DNA of 64,000 nucleotides. It comes from Gammaproteobacteria bacterium (GTDB lineage: Bacteria; Pseudomonadota; Gammaproteobacteria; Eutrophobiales; Eutrophobiaceae). The notes under the pieces are model-generated. The model made no database searches. It saw nothing but the letters and a program-made list of their open reading frames with translations, and had not been told where the DNA came from. Location: assembly GCA_965243205.1 (NCBI GenBank), contig CBDEUK010000001.1:96001-160000 (forward strand). Reading direction: 5' to 3'. The position numbers and the translations under genes are program-made. Below are positions 19,808-30,477 of the stretch, piece after piece. Position 1 is the stretch's first letter, and every line of letters starts with the position of its first letter.

Positions 19808-20326
19808 TTAATCTAGCCTTTCAATCGATTGGGCTTCAATCTTGAGTTTGGCGTAATTTTCGGCAATTTTGAGTAAAATCAACACCCTATCATTGGAATC
19901 CTTAGCAGAAAAAATCGCTTCGTAACCTTCGAACGGCCCTTCAGCAATTCGGACTTTATCGCCCTCTTCAAACTCTAGGATCTTCATAGGATGAATATCA
20001 GGTTCAACTTCTTGAGATTTTAAATTCTGCACTAAGATATCTGGCACCTTAGCTGGCTCCATTCCAAAACGAACCAAAGCAGCAACACCTAAGGTTGAAC
20101 GAATAGGTCCCCAATTATCAATTTCATCACTGAGATATATAAATATGTATCGAGGAAATAGAGGGCCAATCTTGCGAACTGACTTACCACGGTGTCTTTT
20201 TAATAATGATGTCAGAGGTAAATAAGTTTCATACCCCTGACGTTCTAGATTTTCTTTTGCAGTCTGTTCCTGATTCGGCTTTGTATGAATCAAGTACCAA
20301 CTGCGGGAAATATTTTGTTCATTCAA
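19808..20326 (-). CDS. rfaH: Transcription antiterminator RfaH
   Basis: WYLIHTKPNQE..A..NL..QG, PLFPRYIF, IRST.GV..LVRFG and KOW motif GDKVRIAEGPFEG. Confidence 0.9.
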   Translation of the reverse strand: MNEQNISRSWYLIHTKPNQEQTAKENLERQGYETYLPLTSLLKRHRGKSVRKIGPLFPRYIFIYLSDEIDNWGPIRSTLGVAALVRFGMEPAKVPDILVQNLKSQEVEPDIHPMKILEFEEGDKVRIAEGPFEGYEAIFSAKDSNDRVLILLKIAENYAKLKIEAQSIERLD

Positions 20327-20331
20327 AACGA

Positions 20332-20940
20332 CTAAGAGGAAAGGATATCCTTTTCCAACATGGCAACTAATTGATCAACGCATTCTGGAACTTGAGACTT
20401 TGAAGTATTGACTGTCAACTCAGGGTTCTCTGGTGCTTCATATGGAGAAGATATACCTGTAAATTCAGGGATTTCACCCGCTCTGGCTTTTTTATATAAA
20501 CCTTTAGGGTCACGTTCTTCACAAGTCGCTAAGTCCGCATCAACAAATATTTCAAAAAACTCTCCATCATTTACTAAACTACGAACAATATCACGGTCTT
20601 CTTTGAAAGGAGAAATGAAAGCTGTCATCACAATAATACCCGCATCTAACATGAGTTTACTCACTTCACCAATACGACGAATGTTTTCAACTCGATCTTC
20701 ATCAGAAAAACCTAAGTCTTTATTCAAACCTTTACGAACATTATCACCATCTAAAACATAGGTACGTTTACCTAATTTATTCAGTCGATCTTCCAAAGCA
20801 TTTGCTAAAGTCGATTTACCTGAACCAGATAAACCAGTAAACCAAATGATCGCTCCTTTATGATTATTTAAAGCTTCACGTTCCTGACGTGTGACTGTAT
20901 GTTCATGCCATACCGTATTTTCATTCGTTATCTTTGTCAT
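20332..20940 (-). CDS. cysC: Adenylyl-sulfate kinase
   Basis: [25 protein letters not shown] and [15 protein letters not shown] motifs. Confidence 0.95.
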   Translation of the reverse strand: MTKITNENTVWHEHTVTRQEREALNNHKGAIIWFTGLSGSGKSTLANALEDRLNKLGKRTYVLDGDNVRKGLNKDLGFSDEDRVENIRRIGEVSKLMLDAGIIVMTAFISPFKEDRDIVRSLVNDGEFFEIFVDADLATCEERDPKGLYKKARAGEIPEFTGISSPYEAPENPELTVNTSKSQVPECVDQLVAMLEKDILSS

Positions 20941-20964
20941 TATATATTTTCTCTTTTATAAATT

Positions 20965-22269
20965 TTAACGGCCAACACATACGTATTTAAAACCAAGCTC
21001 TTTCATAGCATCAGGCTCATAAACATTTCTGAGGTCTATAAAGATATTACCGTTCATTTGATTTAAGATCTTCTTTAAATCTAAACCGCGATAAGCATTC
21101 CATTCAGTTAACAAAATAACAGCATCCGCATTATCGAAAATAGAATAAATATCTTCATAATAATTAACTGATTCTGGTAGAAGTTCCTTTGCTTCTTCAA
21201 CACCTTGAGGATCATGCGCATTTACTATAGCACCATTCTCTATTAATTTTGGAAGGATCGCTAATGAAGGCGAATCACGCATATCATCGGTTTCTGGTTT
21301 GAATGTTAAACCTAAAACAGCAAAGGTTTTAGCCGATTCATCTCCACCTATTGCTGCACGAATTTTTTTGATCATTCTTGCCTTCTGTGCTTCGTTGACC
21401 TCAATCACAGATTCCACAATACGACTTGAAGTACCATTTTCTTGCGCGATTCTAACTAACGCTTTGGTATCTTTTGGAAAACAGGAACCACCATAACCAG
21501 GCCCAGGGTGTAAAAACTTTTTGCCAATACGACCATCAAGTCCCATACCCTTAGCCACTGCATGAACGTCCGCACCTACAGCCTCACATAGCATTGACAT
21601 TTCATTAATAAAACTGATCTTCGTAGCTAAGAACGCATTAGATGCGTATTTGATTAACTCAGCACTTTCTAATCCGGTAGTTAGAATTGGTGTCTCGATT
21701 AAATTTAATGGTCGATAAAGTTCGTGTAATAAGTTTTTTGCGCGTTCTGATTCCAAACCTAATACCACGCGATCAGGCCTCATAAAGTCTGATATCGCAG
21801 CACCTTCTCTTAAGAATTCAGGGTTTGAGGCCACATCAAAATCCGCATTTGGATTTTCTTCTTTAATAATGCGATGAACATTACGAGCAGTTCCAACTGG
21901 TACCGTCGATTTGTCCACGATAACGGTATAACCTTTTAGATGTGGAGCAATATCTTTTGCTGCTTGATAGACATACGATAAATCAGCATAGCCTTCACCT
22001 CGACGTGAAGGTGTACCTACGGCAATAAATACTAAATCACTTTCTGCAATAACTTCATCATAAGAAGTTGTAAAAGTTAAACGCCCCTGCTCAACATTCT
22101 TTTTAACTAAATCATCAAGGCCAGGCTCATAGATTGGTATTTCACCATTTTCTAATTTTTGAATTTTAGATTCATCAATGTCTAAACAACAAACATCTGC
22201 ACCAAACTCGGCAAAGCAAGTCCCAGAAACCAAGCCAACATAGCCGGTGCCTATCATTGTAACTTTCAT
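20965..22269 (-). CDS. ugd: UDP-glucose 6-dehydrogenase
   Basis: GTGYVGL, SNPEFLREG, GYGGSCFPKD and FKPETDDMR motifs. Confidence 0.92.
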   Translation of the reverse strand: MKVTMIGTGYVGLVSGTCFAEFGADVCCLDIDESKIQKLENGEIPIYEPGLDDLVKKNVEQGRLTFTTSYDEVIAESDLVFIAVGTPSRRGEGYADLSYVYQAAKDIAPHLKGYTVIVDKSTVPVGTARNVHRIIKEENPNADFDVASNPEFLREGAAISDFMRPDRVVLGLESERAKNLLHELYRPLNLIETPILTTGLESAELIKYASNAFLATKISFINEMSMLCEAVGADVHAVAKGMGLDGRIGKKFLHPGPGYGGSCFPKDTKALVRIAQENGTSSRIVESVIEVNEAQKARMIKKIRAAIGGDESAKTFAVLGLTFKPETDDMRDSPSLAILPKLIENGAIVNAHDPQGVEEAKELLPESVNYYEDIYSIFDNADAVILLTEWNAYRGLDLKKILNQMNGNIFIDLRNVYEPDAMKELGFKYVCVGR

Positions 22270-22327
22270 TCAGTAAAACCTATTAATGTATTTTATTGTA
22301 TGGCGAACGAATACTAATGGATAAATA

Positions 22328-23614
22328 TTACAATCTAAATAATTCAATTCCGTCTGGTTTAGTATCGCGTGGTAACACCGATTTCACATCGTAAACTACA
22401 CCTTTTCCATCTTTTAGTAGTGCTTGAATCCCAGACCATCCCATCTCAAGATAGTGATTGTGTGGAACGGCTAAAATAACAGCATCGGCTTTTTGTAAGT
22501 GTTTTTCTTCGGTTAAATCTATACCGTATTCGTCGTGTGCTTCTTCTGGGAACGCCTCAGGATCCGTGATTTGAATATTAGCTTCATAACTTTCAAGTTC
22601 TTGGGCGATATCTATCACTCGAGTATTACGCAAGTCGGGTACATTCTCTTTAAAGGTAAAACCTAGCATAGTTATAGTACTGCCTTTAATTGCTAGACCA
22701 GATTTTATTAATGCTTTAATAATGCGACTGGCAACAAAACTACCCATGCCATCATTGATAGCCCGCGCATCTAAAATCATATCGGGGATATAACCTAAGA
22801 TGGATGCTTTATGAGTTAGATAATACGGATCAACACCAATACAATGTCCGCCCACTAAACCAGGACTGAACTTTAAAAAGTTCCATTTAGTACCTGCAGC
22901 ATCTAAAACATCTTTAGTATCAATACCCATACGTTGAAAGATCATCGCCAATTCATTCATCAAAGCAATATTTAAATCACGCTGAGTGTTTTCAATTACC
23001 TTACAAGCTTCCGCAACTTTAATCGTAGCAGCTCTATGCACACCTGCGGTCACAACTGACTCATAAACTTGTGCAACAATCTCTAAAATTTCAGGTGTTT
23101 GCCCTGAAACCACTTTGGTAATTGTTGTAAAGGTATGTTCTTTATCACCTGGGTTGATTCGTTCTGGTGAGTAGCCAACAAAAAAATCCTTACCACATAC
23201 CAAACCTGACTCTCGTTCTAATACTGGAACACAATCTTCTTCAGTAGCACCTGGATAAACAGTCGATTCATAAACGACAATGTCACCTTTTTTAAGTTGT
23301 TTACCAACCGTTTCAGATGCTTTTAAAACTGGCGTTAAATCAGGGTTTTTTGCAGAGTTAACTGGGGTAGGCACCGCAACGATATGAAAATCTGCTTTAG
23401 GAATTTCACTAGGATCATTTGTATAAATGACAGCAGCTGTTCTCAATTGCTCAATATCAGCTTCATTAGTACTATCTTCACCACGTTTTAATTCATCAAT
23501 TCTCGATTGATTAATATCAAAACCAATGACTTGTTCAGTTTGACCAAAGGCAACTGCAACAGGAAGGCCTACATATCCAAGACCAATAACAGAAATTTTA
23601 CGACCGTGCGACAT
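22328..23614 (-). CDS. tviB: UDP-N-acetylhexosamine 6-dehydrogenase (TviB/WbpO-like)
   Basis: GLGYVGLP, YSPERINPGD, GGHCIGVDPYYL and FKENVPDLRN motifs. Confidence 0.8.
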   Translation of the reverse strand: MSHGRKISVIGLGYVGLPVAVAFGQTEQVIGFDINQSRIDELKRGEDSTNEADIEQLRTAAVIYTNDPSEIPKADFHIVAVPTPVNSAKNPDLTPVLKASETVGKQLKKGDIVVYESTVYPGATEEDCVPVLERESGLVCGKDFFVGYSPERINPGDKEHTFTTITKVVSGQTPEILEIVAQVYESVVTAGVHRAATIKVAEACKVIENTQRDLNIALMNELAMIFQRMGIDTKDVLDAAGTKWNFLKFSPGLVGGHCIGVDPYYLTHKASILGYIPDMILDARAINDGMGSFVASRIIKALIKSGLAIKGSTITMLGFTFKENVPDLRNTRVIDIAQELESYEANIQITDPEAFPEEAHDEYGIDLTEEKHLQKADAVILAVPHNHYLEMGWSGIQALLKDGKGVVYDVKSVLPRDTKPDGIELFRL

Positions 23615-24627
23615 TATGATTCGACTCCATAGTATTCTTTATACCAATTAATAAATTTCTCTATACCCTCTTCGATAGGAGTGTCTGGCTTATAATTCAT
23701 ATCTCTCACCAAGTCATCGACATCGGCATAAGTTGTCTCAACATCACCGGGCTGCATGGGGAGATAATTTTTTTGCGCCTCTTTTCCGAGGTTCTTTTCG
23801 ATGGTTTCAATAAAATGCATTAATTCTACTGGATTATTATTGCCGATATTATAAATACGATACGGGGCTTTACTAGTCCCAGGGTCAGGAGAATTACTAT
23901 TCCATTGTGAATTCGTCTCTGGCTCAGTATCCAATGTTTTTATAACGCCGGCTACAATATCATCAATATATGTAAAGTCACGTTTATGTTTACCATTATT
24001 AAATACATTTATCGGTTCTTCTTCCAAAATCTTTTTCGTGAAAGAAAAATAAGCCATATCGGGGCGTCCCCAAGGACCATAAACAGTAAAAAATCGTAAC
24101 CCAGTAGTAGGGATTCCATATAAATGACTATATGTATGCGCCATTAACTCATTGGATTTTTTACTCGCTGCATATAGGGAAACAGGGTGATCGACATTAT
24201 CATGAACAGAAAAAGGCATGGAAGTATTTGCGCCATATACAGAACTGGAAGACGCATAGACTAAATGTTCTACTTGGTTGTTTCGACAGCCCTCTAATAT
24301 ATTTAATGTACCAAGAATATTCGAATCTACATAAGCATGAGGATTTTCCAAGGAATAACGAACTCCTGCTTGTGCGGCTAAATGAACCACGCGCTCAGGT
24401 TCGAAATCATTGAATAGGTCTTCCACCTCACGGCGATCAGCAATATCAATTTGCTCAAATATAAAATCATCATAAGGTTCAAGTTGTTCCAGTCGATCTT
24501 CCTTCAAAGAAACATCATAATAATCATTGAGATTATCAATACCATAAACTTGGTCGCCACGCTCTAATAATGCTTTCGCTACATGAAACCCAATAAAACC
24601 GGCCGAACCTGAAAGAAGTATTTTCAT
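23614..24627 (-). CDS. NAD-dependent epimerase (UDP-glucuronate 4-epimerase, CapI/Uge type)
   Basis: [24 protein letters not shown] and [15 protein letters not shown] motifs. Confidence 0.9.
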   Translation of the reverse strand: MKILLSGSAGFIGFHVAKALLERGDQVYGIDNLNDYYDVSLKEDRLEQLEPYDDFIFEQIDIADRREVEDLFNDFEPERVVHLAAQAGVRYSLENPHAYVDSNILGTLNILEGCRNNQVEHLVYASSSSVYGANTSMPFSVHDNVDHPVSLYAASKKSNELMAHTYSHLYGIPTTGLRFFTVYGPWGRPDMAYFSFTKKILEEEPINVFNNGKHKRDFTYIDDIVAGVIKTLDTEPETNSQWNSNSPDPGTSKAPYRIYNIGNNNPVELMHFIETIEKNLGKEAQKNYLPMQPGDVETTYADVDDLVRDMNYKPDTPIEEGIEKFINWYKEYYGVES

Positions 24628-24866
24628 AATAATTTTAAATATCCATGTACAAATGAAATACAGATTGAATAAACTTTGGTAAAGTTATGTAAGTGATTTG
24701 ACAAAAATAGGTATTATTTCACAGAAATTGATATGTAGCATAAAAATACAACAAAAGCGTATTGATTTAGAACATAATTTTAGTTTTAATTGATAAATAT
24801 ATAATAAAAATCATCTTATTCATACATCATTCGAATCTAGGAAAATCAATATGATACAAATTATAA

Positions 24867-27800
24867 ATGGAAATCTTTTTGATGGTTCTAGAATTAACTA
24901 CAAAATTAAATGAATTCACTACAGCGCAAAAAAAATTATCGTCAGCGTTTTATAAGCTATTTTTATTTGCCGCTCTAATTATTCCTTTCTGCTCTAACGC
25001 AGATACTTTAAATGTTCCTGGTGATCATGCGACTATACAAGCCGCAGTCACAGCAGCTACAAATGGTGATACTGTTCTGGTTGCTCCAGGCACATACCTT
25101 GAAAATATAACAATTGAAGGCAAACAATTAATTTTAGAATCAGCAGAAGGACCAAGCGTTACCGTCATTGAAGGCCCTCCTAATGGAACTCCCTCTTCAC
25201 TTACTGATGCGATTATTAGAATTAATGGCAATAGCACTATCGTACGAGGTTTCACCATCCAAAAAGGAAATAGTTTTCCTTTTGCATCTCAAGGTGGTGG
25301 CGCTATTACTATTAGGGCAGGTACCCCAACAATTGAAAACAATATAATTAGAGAAACACTTGATGGTGTAGCAATTGAAGTTGGAAACAATGCTAGTCCT
25401 ATAATTCGTAATAATATTATAGAGGATAATACATCAAATGATGTTCCATTCCTGATTCATTTATATTCTGTAACAGCCCCCGTAATTGAATCAAATATAT
25501 TTAGAAACAATACTTCTCAGCCCATCAATGATGTTTTTGCAAGCAGTTCTGACATCATAACGATTATAAATAATCGTTTTGAAAATAATAATTTTTCAGG
25601 TTGTGGTTCTATTGATGCAGATGAGAATACTACTTATAAAATTATTCAAAATGTTTTTAGTAACAATACGGCAAATGGAGCAACCGCTGGAATTTGTATA
25701 GAAGAATCAGCAGATGCGGAAATTGAGAACAACACTTTTTTTAATAATCAAGCAGGAACCACTTCGACAAGTGCCCTTGGTGCTGATATTTATTTCTCTA
25801 GTAACATCGGTGGAGTATCAAATGTTACTAATAATATTTTTTATAATTCAAGCAGCTTAGCCTCAATTGCTTGTAATGGCCCTGGGTCACAAACCTTTTT
25901 AAATAATAATATCTATAACACAACAGGGCCCGCATCTGCTGGTGTATGTTCAAGTATAGTTGGAACAAATAATAATATTTCACAAAACCCTTTGTTTACG
26001 GATTCATCCAACTCGGACTTTAATCTAACATCAGGTTCCCCTTCGATTGATACTGGGGATAATACGGCCACCAATATTCAAGCTACAGATATTATTGGCG
26101 CAACTAGAATCATTGATGGTAACAATGATGTAACAGCAACTGTTGACATGGGCGCGCTCGAATTTAATGCCAATGGCTTCTTGCAATTTGAAACGCCTAG
26201 TATTGTTGCTCAAGAAAACGACACAAATGCGTCGATAAATATCTGCCGTATTGGTGGCAATTCAGGTGCTGTGGGTGTTAATTACCTAACTGCGAATGGA
26301 ACTGCGTTAGATAGTGTCAATTACACTCTTACATCCGGAACTACAACATTTACTAATGGCGAAAGTGGCTGTAAACCTGTATTAATTCCATTAATCGACA
26401 ATAACTCTATTGATCCAGATGTTAATTTTACAATCTCACTGTCGAGTCCCTCTGGAGGAGCGTTACTAACGACACAAAATCAGGCCACTATCGAAATTAA
26501 TAACGATGATAACCTTCTAGCACTAAATGTTTCTCCTAACAAAAGTTCATATGACTTTGAAGAAACAGTCACTCTAACTATTCAGGTTACTAATTCTGGT
26601 GTTCCCTCTAATGCCACTACAGCCCAGAACGTTACATTAACAAACGTGCTACCATCTGATTCTCCTTCACCATTTGGTGTGACTTTTTCTTCGGTCTCTG
26701 CTTCCCAAGGAAGTTGTTCTGGAACCCAAACAATCGATTGTAATCTTGGTAACATAGCCGTTGGTAATACGGCAACCGTTACTATAACGGGTACAGCAAC
26801 CAAGGCTGGAACATTTACAAACCTAGCTGCAGTAACAGCCGATCCAGTCAATACCGTACCGACAAATTTAACTGACTTAACGACTATTACGGTTGCAGGC
26901 TTACCAACAGCACAAGAATTATTTCCAATCGTACCGTTAACGAAATATAACTATCGATTAAATAACAGCCCATCATTAACTAGTAGTGTGTTCATCTTAC
27001 CTCAAACAGTAAATGTAAATGGCGTTGAAACCTATGGCTTCCAATTTTCTGAGGGCAGTGTTGAATACTTCACGAATGATAGTGAAGGTGTTAAAAGTTA
27101 TGGTGAAGTCGATGTTGATGGTTATTTACAATACATTCCACCAAGTAAACAAATAAACGCTCAGCCTATTTTAGGTGAAACAGTCAATTCTAATGGTACA
27201 TTAAGACTGTCTATTACTGGTCTTGGAATTTTTGATCTTTCATATTCAAGAGCATGTACTTTAAATTCTATTCAATCAACATCTGTCCCTTATGGAACAT
27301 TTAATGCCATTAGAATAGTTTGTACCTTAACTTCATCAGGAGTGATCAACGGCCAGACAATAACATTTGATGGTTCTCAAACTAACTGGTTTGTAAAAAA
27401 TGTTGGCTTAATAAAACAAACTCAAACACTAACAGCTCGAGTTAATGGTGCTATAAATCAAACTGAAACTCGTACTCTAGATCTCATATCAATAGAACCT
27501 CCTCCAGAAATATCATCACCTGCAGCGAACTCTACTCTAACCAGTGGTTCGGCTACTGTGAACTGGAACCCGAATGGCGCAACCCCACAAAACTGGGTCG
27601 TCACCGCAGGCACCTCTAATATTGCTGGACCTGCTGCCTATAATATTTTACTACCTGAGAACGCAGGGCCTTCAGCCACCAGTCAAACCTTATCTGACTT
27701 ACCGGTCGATGGCAGTTCGTTTTATATAAATTTATATATGTTAATTGATGGCACATGGTCTATCGTCGATTCCATTAGCGTCAATGCCTTCGATGCACCA

Positions 27801-30281
27801 TCGCCGGCCATTACCTCACCGACAGCAAGTACTCTCACCAGCGGGTCAGTTACGGTCAATTGGGATCCCATGGGTAATGTAGCGCAAGATTGGGTTGCCA
27901 CAGCCGGAACAGGAACTTCGGGAGCTGCTGCTTATAACTTAGTCTTACCTGCTTATGCGGGAGCTTCTGCCACCAGCCAAACCTTATCGGGCTTACCTGT
28001 CGATGGCTCAGGATTTAACATCAATCTGTTCGCCTTAATCGATGGGGTCTGGACTGTGGTTGATACGGTAGCCGTTACTGCCTTTACCGCGCCATCACCA
28101 GCCATTACTTCACCGACCGGTGGCAGTACTCTAACCAGTGGCTCCGTCACCGTGAACTGGAACCCGAATGGCACCGCCCCTCAAAACTGGGTGGCCACAG
28201 CCGGAACAGGAACTTCGGGAGCTGCTGCTTATAACTTAGTCTTACCTGCTTATGCGGGAGCTTCTGCCACCAGCCAAACCTTATCGGGCTTACCTGTCGA
28301 TGGCTCAGGATTTAACATCAATCTGTTCGCCTTAATCGATGGGGTCTGGACTGTGGTTGATACGGTAGCCGTTACTGCCTTTACCGCACCATCACCAGCC
28401 ATTACTTCGCCGACCGGTGGCAGTACTCTAACCAGTGGCTCCGTCACCGTGAACTGGAACCCGAATGGCACCGCCCCTCAAAACTGGGTCGTTACCGCGG
28501 GTACCTCTAATGTCGCAGGGACCGCTGCCTATAACATTCTTTTACCATCAGTGGTTGGTACCAGTGCGACTAGCCAGACCTTATCGGGTTTACCAGTTGA
28601 TGGTTCTAATTTCTTTATTAATCTTTATGCGTTAGAGAACGGCGTGTGGAGCATCGTTGACTCGATTTCCGTCACTGCCTTTACCGCGCCATCACCAGCC
28701 ATTACTTCACCGACCGGTGGCAGTACTCTAACCAGTGGCTCCGTCACCGTGAACTGGAACCCGAATGGCAACACCCCTCAAAACTGGGTGGCCACAGCCG
28801 GAACAGGAACTTCGGGAGCTGCTGCTTATAACTTAGTCTTACCTGCTTATGCGGGAGCTTCTGCCACCAGCCAAACCTTATCGGGCTTACCTGTCGATGG
28901 CTCAGGATTTAACATCAATCTGTTCGCCTTAATCGATGGGGTCTGGACTGTGGTTGATACGGTAGCCGTTACTGCCTTTACCGCACCATCACCAGCCATT
29001 ACTTCGCCGACCGGTGGCAGTACTCTAACCAGTGGCTCCGTCACCGTGAACTGGAACCCGAATGGCACCGCCCCTCAAAACTGGGTCGTTACCGCGGGTA
29101 CCTCTAATGTCGCAGGGACCGCTGCCTATAACATTCTTTTACCATCAGTGGTTGGTACCAGTGCGACTAGCCAGACCTTATCGGGTTTACCAGTTGATGG
29201 TTCTAATTTCTTTATTAATCTTTATGCGTTAGAGAACGGCGTGTGGAGCATCGTTGACTCGATTTCCGTCACTGCCTTTACCGCACCATCACCAGCCATT
29301 ACTTCACCGACCGGTGGCAGTACTCTAACCAGTGGCTCCGTCACCGTGAACTGGAACCCGAATGGCACCGCCCCTCAAAACTGGGTCGTTACCGCGGGTA
29401 CCTCTAATGTCGCAGGGACCGCTGCCTATAACATTCTTTTACCATCAGTGGTTGGTACCAGTGCGACTAGCCAGACCTTATCGGGTTTACCAGTTGATGG
29501 TTCTAATTTCTTTATTAATCTTTATGCGTTAGAGAACGGCGTGTGGAGCATCGTTGACTCGATTTCCGTCACTGCCTTTACCGCGCCATCACCAGCCATT
29601 ACTTCACCGACCGGTGGCAGTACTCTAACCAGTGGCTCCGTCACCGTGAACTGGAACCCGAATGGCAACACCCCAGACAACTGGGTCGTCGCCGCAGGCA
29701 CCTCCAATGTGGCAGGACCTGCTGCTTATAACATCTTGCTACCTGCTCATGCAGGACCGTCGGCCAGCAGCCAAACTCTCTCTGGTCTGCCAACCGATGG
29801 CTCAAGCTTTTATCTCAACTTATATGCTCTTGATAACGGGGTTTGGACCATAGTCGACTCCATTAGCGTAACCTCGCCTTCCTGGATCTCAGGCTTGTTT
29901 AATGTTTCTGGATCTTTTTCATACTCTGGCTGCTCTAATCCATCATTGAATGTAACCCGATCATTCACAGGTACCTATAACTCAAACGCACAAGATGGTA
30001 ATGCATATAGTGGTTATCTATCCTTGGCAACGTTAAACGGGTTTAATCTGGCTTCTCTAGGCTTAGCCGTTAACTCATCATTCTCAGGCACTCATAGTCA
30101 AACCAGCTCATCAGGCAGTTACACCTTAGACGCCTACGAGCAAGGTGGTTTACAATCGAGAAATCAAGGCAATTTCAGTGCTAATTTATCTGGCAATTCC
30201 ATTTCTGTCAGTGGCTCTGGCAATGATGTCTTTGGCGAAACCTGTTCTATTAGTTATAACTTCTCCGGAACTAGACAGTAG
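24867..30281 (+). CDS. Large secreted/surface protein A: signal peptide, right-handed beta-helix, Calx-beta, DUF11-like, TapB/DUF3108-like domain, 8 x ~100-aa beta repeats, C-terminal Cys-pair domain
   Basis: FCSNA|DTLNVPGD..TIQAAV....GDTVLVAPGTY; SPSIDTG...DMGALE; Calx-beta-like segment; VPYGTF...WFVKNVGLIK; visible repeats. Start codon uncertain. Confidence 0.75.
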   Translation: MEIFLMVLELTTKLNEFTTAQKKLSSAFYKLFLFAALIIPFCSNADTLNVPGDHATIQAAVTAATNGDTVLVAPGTYLENITIEGKQLILESAEGPSVTVIEGPPNGTPSSLTDAIIRINGNSTIVRGFTIQKGNSFPFASQGGGAITIRAGTPTIENNIIRETLDGVAIEVGNNASPIIRNNIIEDNTSNDVPFLIHLYSVTAPVIESNIFRNNTSQPINDVFASSSDIITIINNRFENNNFSGCGSIDADENTTYKIIQNVFSNNTANGATAGICIEESADAEIENNTFFNNQAGTTSTSALGADIYFSSNIGGVSNVTNNIFYNSSSLASIACNGPGSQTFLNNNIYNTTGPASAGVCSSIVGTNNNISQNPLFTDSSNSDFNLTSGSPSIDTGDNTATNIQATDIIGATRIIDGNNDVTATVDMGALEFNANGFLQFETPSIVAQENDTNASINICRIGGNSGAVGVNYLTANGTALDSVNYTLTSGTTTFTNGESGCKPVLIPLIDNNSIDPDVNFTISLSSPSGGALLTTQNQATIEINNDDNLLALNVSPNKSSYDFEETVTLTIQVTNSGVPSNATTAQNVTLTNVLPSDSPSPFGVTFSSVSASQGSCSGTQTIDCNLGNIAVGNTATVTITGTATKAGTFTNLAAVTADPVNTVPTNLTDLTTITVAGLPTAQELFPIVPLTKYNYRLNNSPSLTSSVFILPQTVNVNGVETYGFQFSEGSVEYFTNDSEGVKSYGEVDVDGYLQYIPPSKQINAQPILGETVNSNGTLRLSITGLGIFDLSYSRACTLNSIQSTSVPYGTFNAIRIVCTLTSSGVINGQTITFDGSQTNWFVKNVGLIKQTQTLTARVNGAINQTETRTLDLISIEPPPEISSPAANSTLTSGSATVNWNPNGATPQNWVVTAGTSNIAGPAAYNILLPENAGPSATSQTLSDLPVDGSSFYINLYMLIDGTWSIVDSISVNAFDAPSPAITSPTASTLTSGSVTVNWDPMGNVAQDWVATAGTGTSGAAAYNLVLPAYAGASATSQTLSGLPVDGSGFNINLFALIDGVWTVVDTVAVTAFTAPSPAITSPTGGSTLTSGSVTVNWNPNGTAPQNWVATAGTGTSGAAAYNLVLPAYAGASATSQTLSGLPVDGSGFNINLFALIDGVWTVVDTVAVTAFTAPSPAITSPTGGSTLTSGSVTVNWNPNGTAPQNWVVTAGTSNVAGTAAYNILLPSVVGTSATSQTLSGLPVDGSNFFINLYALENGVWSIVDSISVTAFTAPSPAITSPTGGSTLTSGSVTVNWNPNGNTPQNWVATAGTGTSGAAAYNLVLPAYAGASATSQTLSGLPVDGSGFNINLFALIDGVWTVVDTVAVTAFTAPSPAITSPTGGSTLTSGSVTVNWNPNGTAPQNWVVTAGTSNVAGTAAYNILLPSVVGTSATSQTLSGLPVDGSNFFINLYALENGVWSIVDSISVTAFTAPSPAITSPTGGSTLTSGSVTVNWNPNGTAPQNWVVTAGTSNVAGTAAYNILLPSVVGTSATSQTLSGLPVDGSNFFINLYALENGVWSIVDSISVTAFTAPSPAITSPTGGSTLTSGSVTVNWNPNGNTPDNWVVAAGTSNVAGPAAYNILLPAHAGPSASSQTLSGLPTDGSSFYLNLYALDNGVWTIVDSISVTSPSWISGLFNVSGSFSYSGCSNPSLNVTRSFTGTYNSNAQDGNAYSGYLSLATLNGFNLASLGLAVNSSFSGTHSQTSSSGSYTLDAYEQGGLQSRNQGNFSANLSGNSISVSGSGNDVFGETCSISYNFSGTRQ
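27504..29880 (+). repeat. Eight intragenic tandem repeats of ~294-300 bp (PAITSPTGGSTLTSGSVTVNWNPNG...)
   Basis: Near-identical DNA units of two subtypes (GTGTSGAAAY and SNVAGTAAY), in the order unique-A'-A-B-A-B-B-terminal. Confidence 0.92.
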
Positions 30282-30346
30282 TTCGAGAACAACATTCGCT
30301 CTGTGGTTGATTTTATTAATCTAACTCCATCAAATTAATGGGACTA

Positions 30347-30383
30347 TGAAAGATAGGTTTCTTCATAAGAAACCTATCTTTCA
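30347..30383. terminator. Perfect 17-bp inverted repeat between the two giant genes (probable terminator or RNA hairpin)
   Basis: TGAAAGATAGGTTTCTT-CAT-AAGAAACCTATCTTTCA. Confidence 0.65.
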
Positions 30384-30477
30384 ATTCAATGAAGGCGCTT
30401 TTCAAATTATTTCATTCGAATTAAAATAGCGGAAAAAACAATACAATCTATCTAGGGGTTTAATATAAGCAAGGAAA

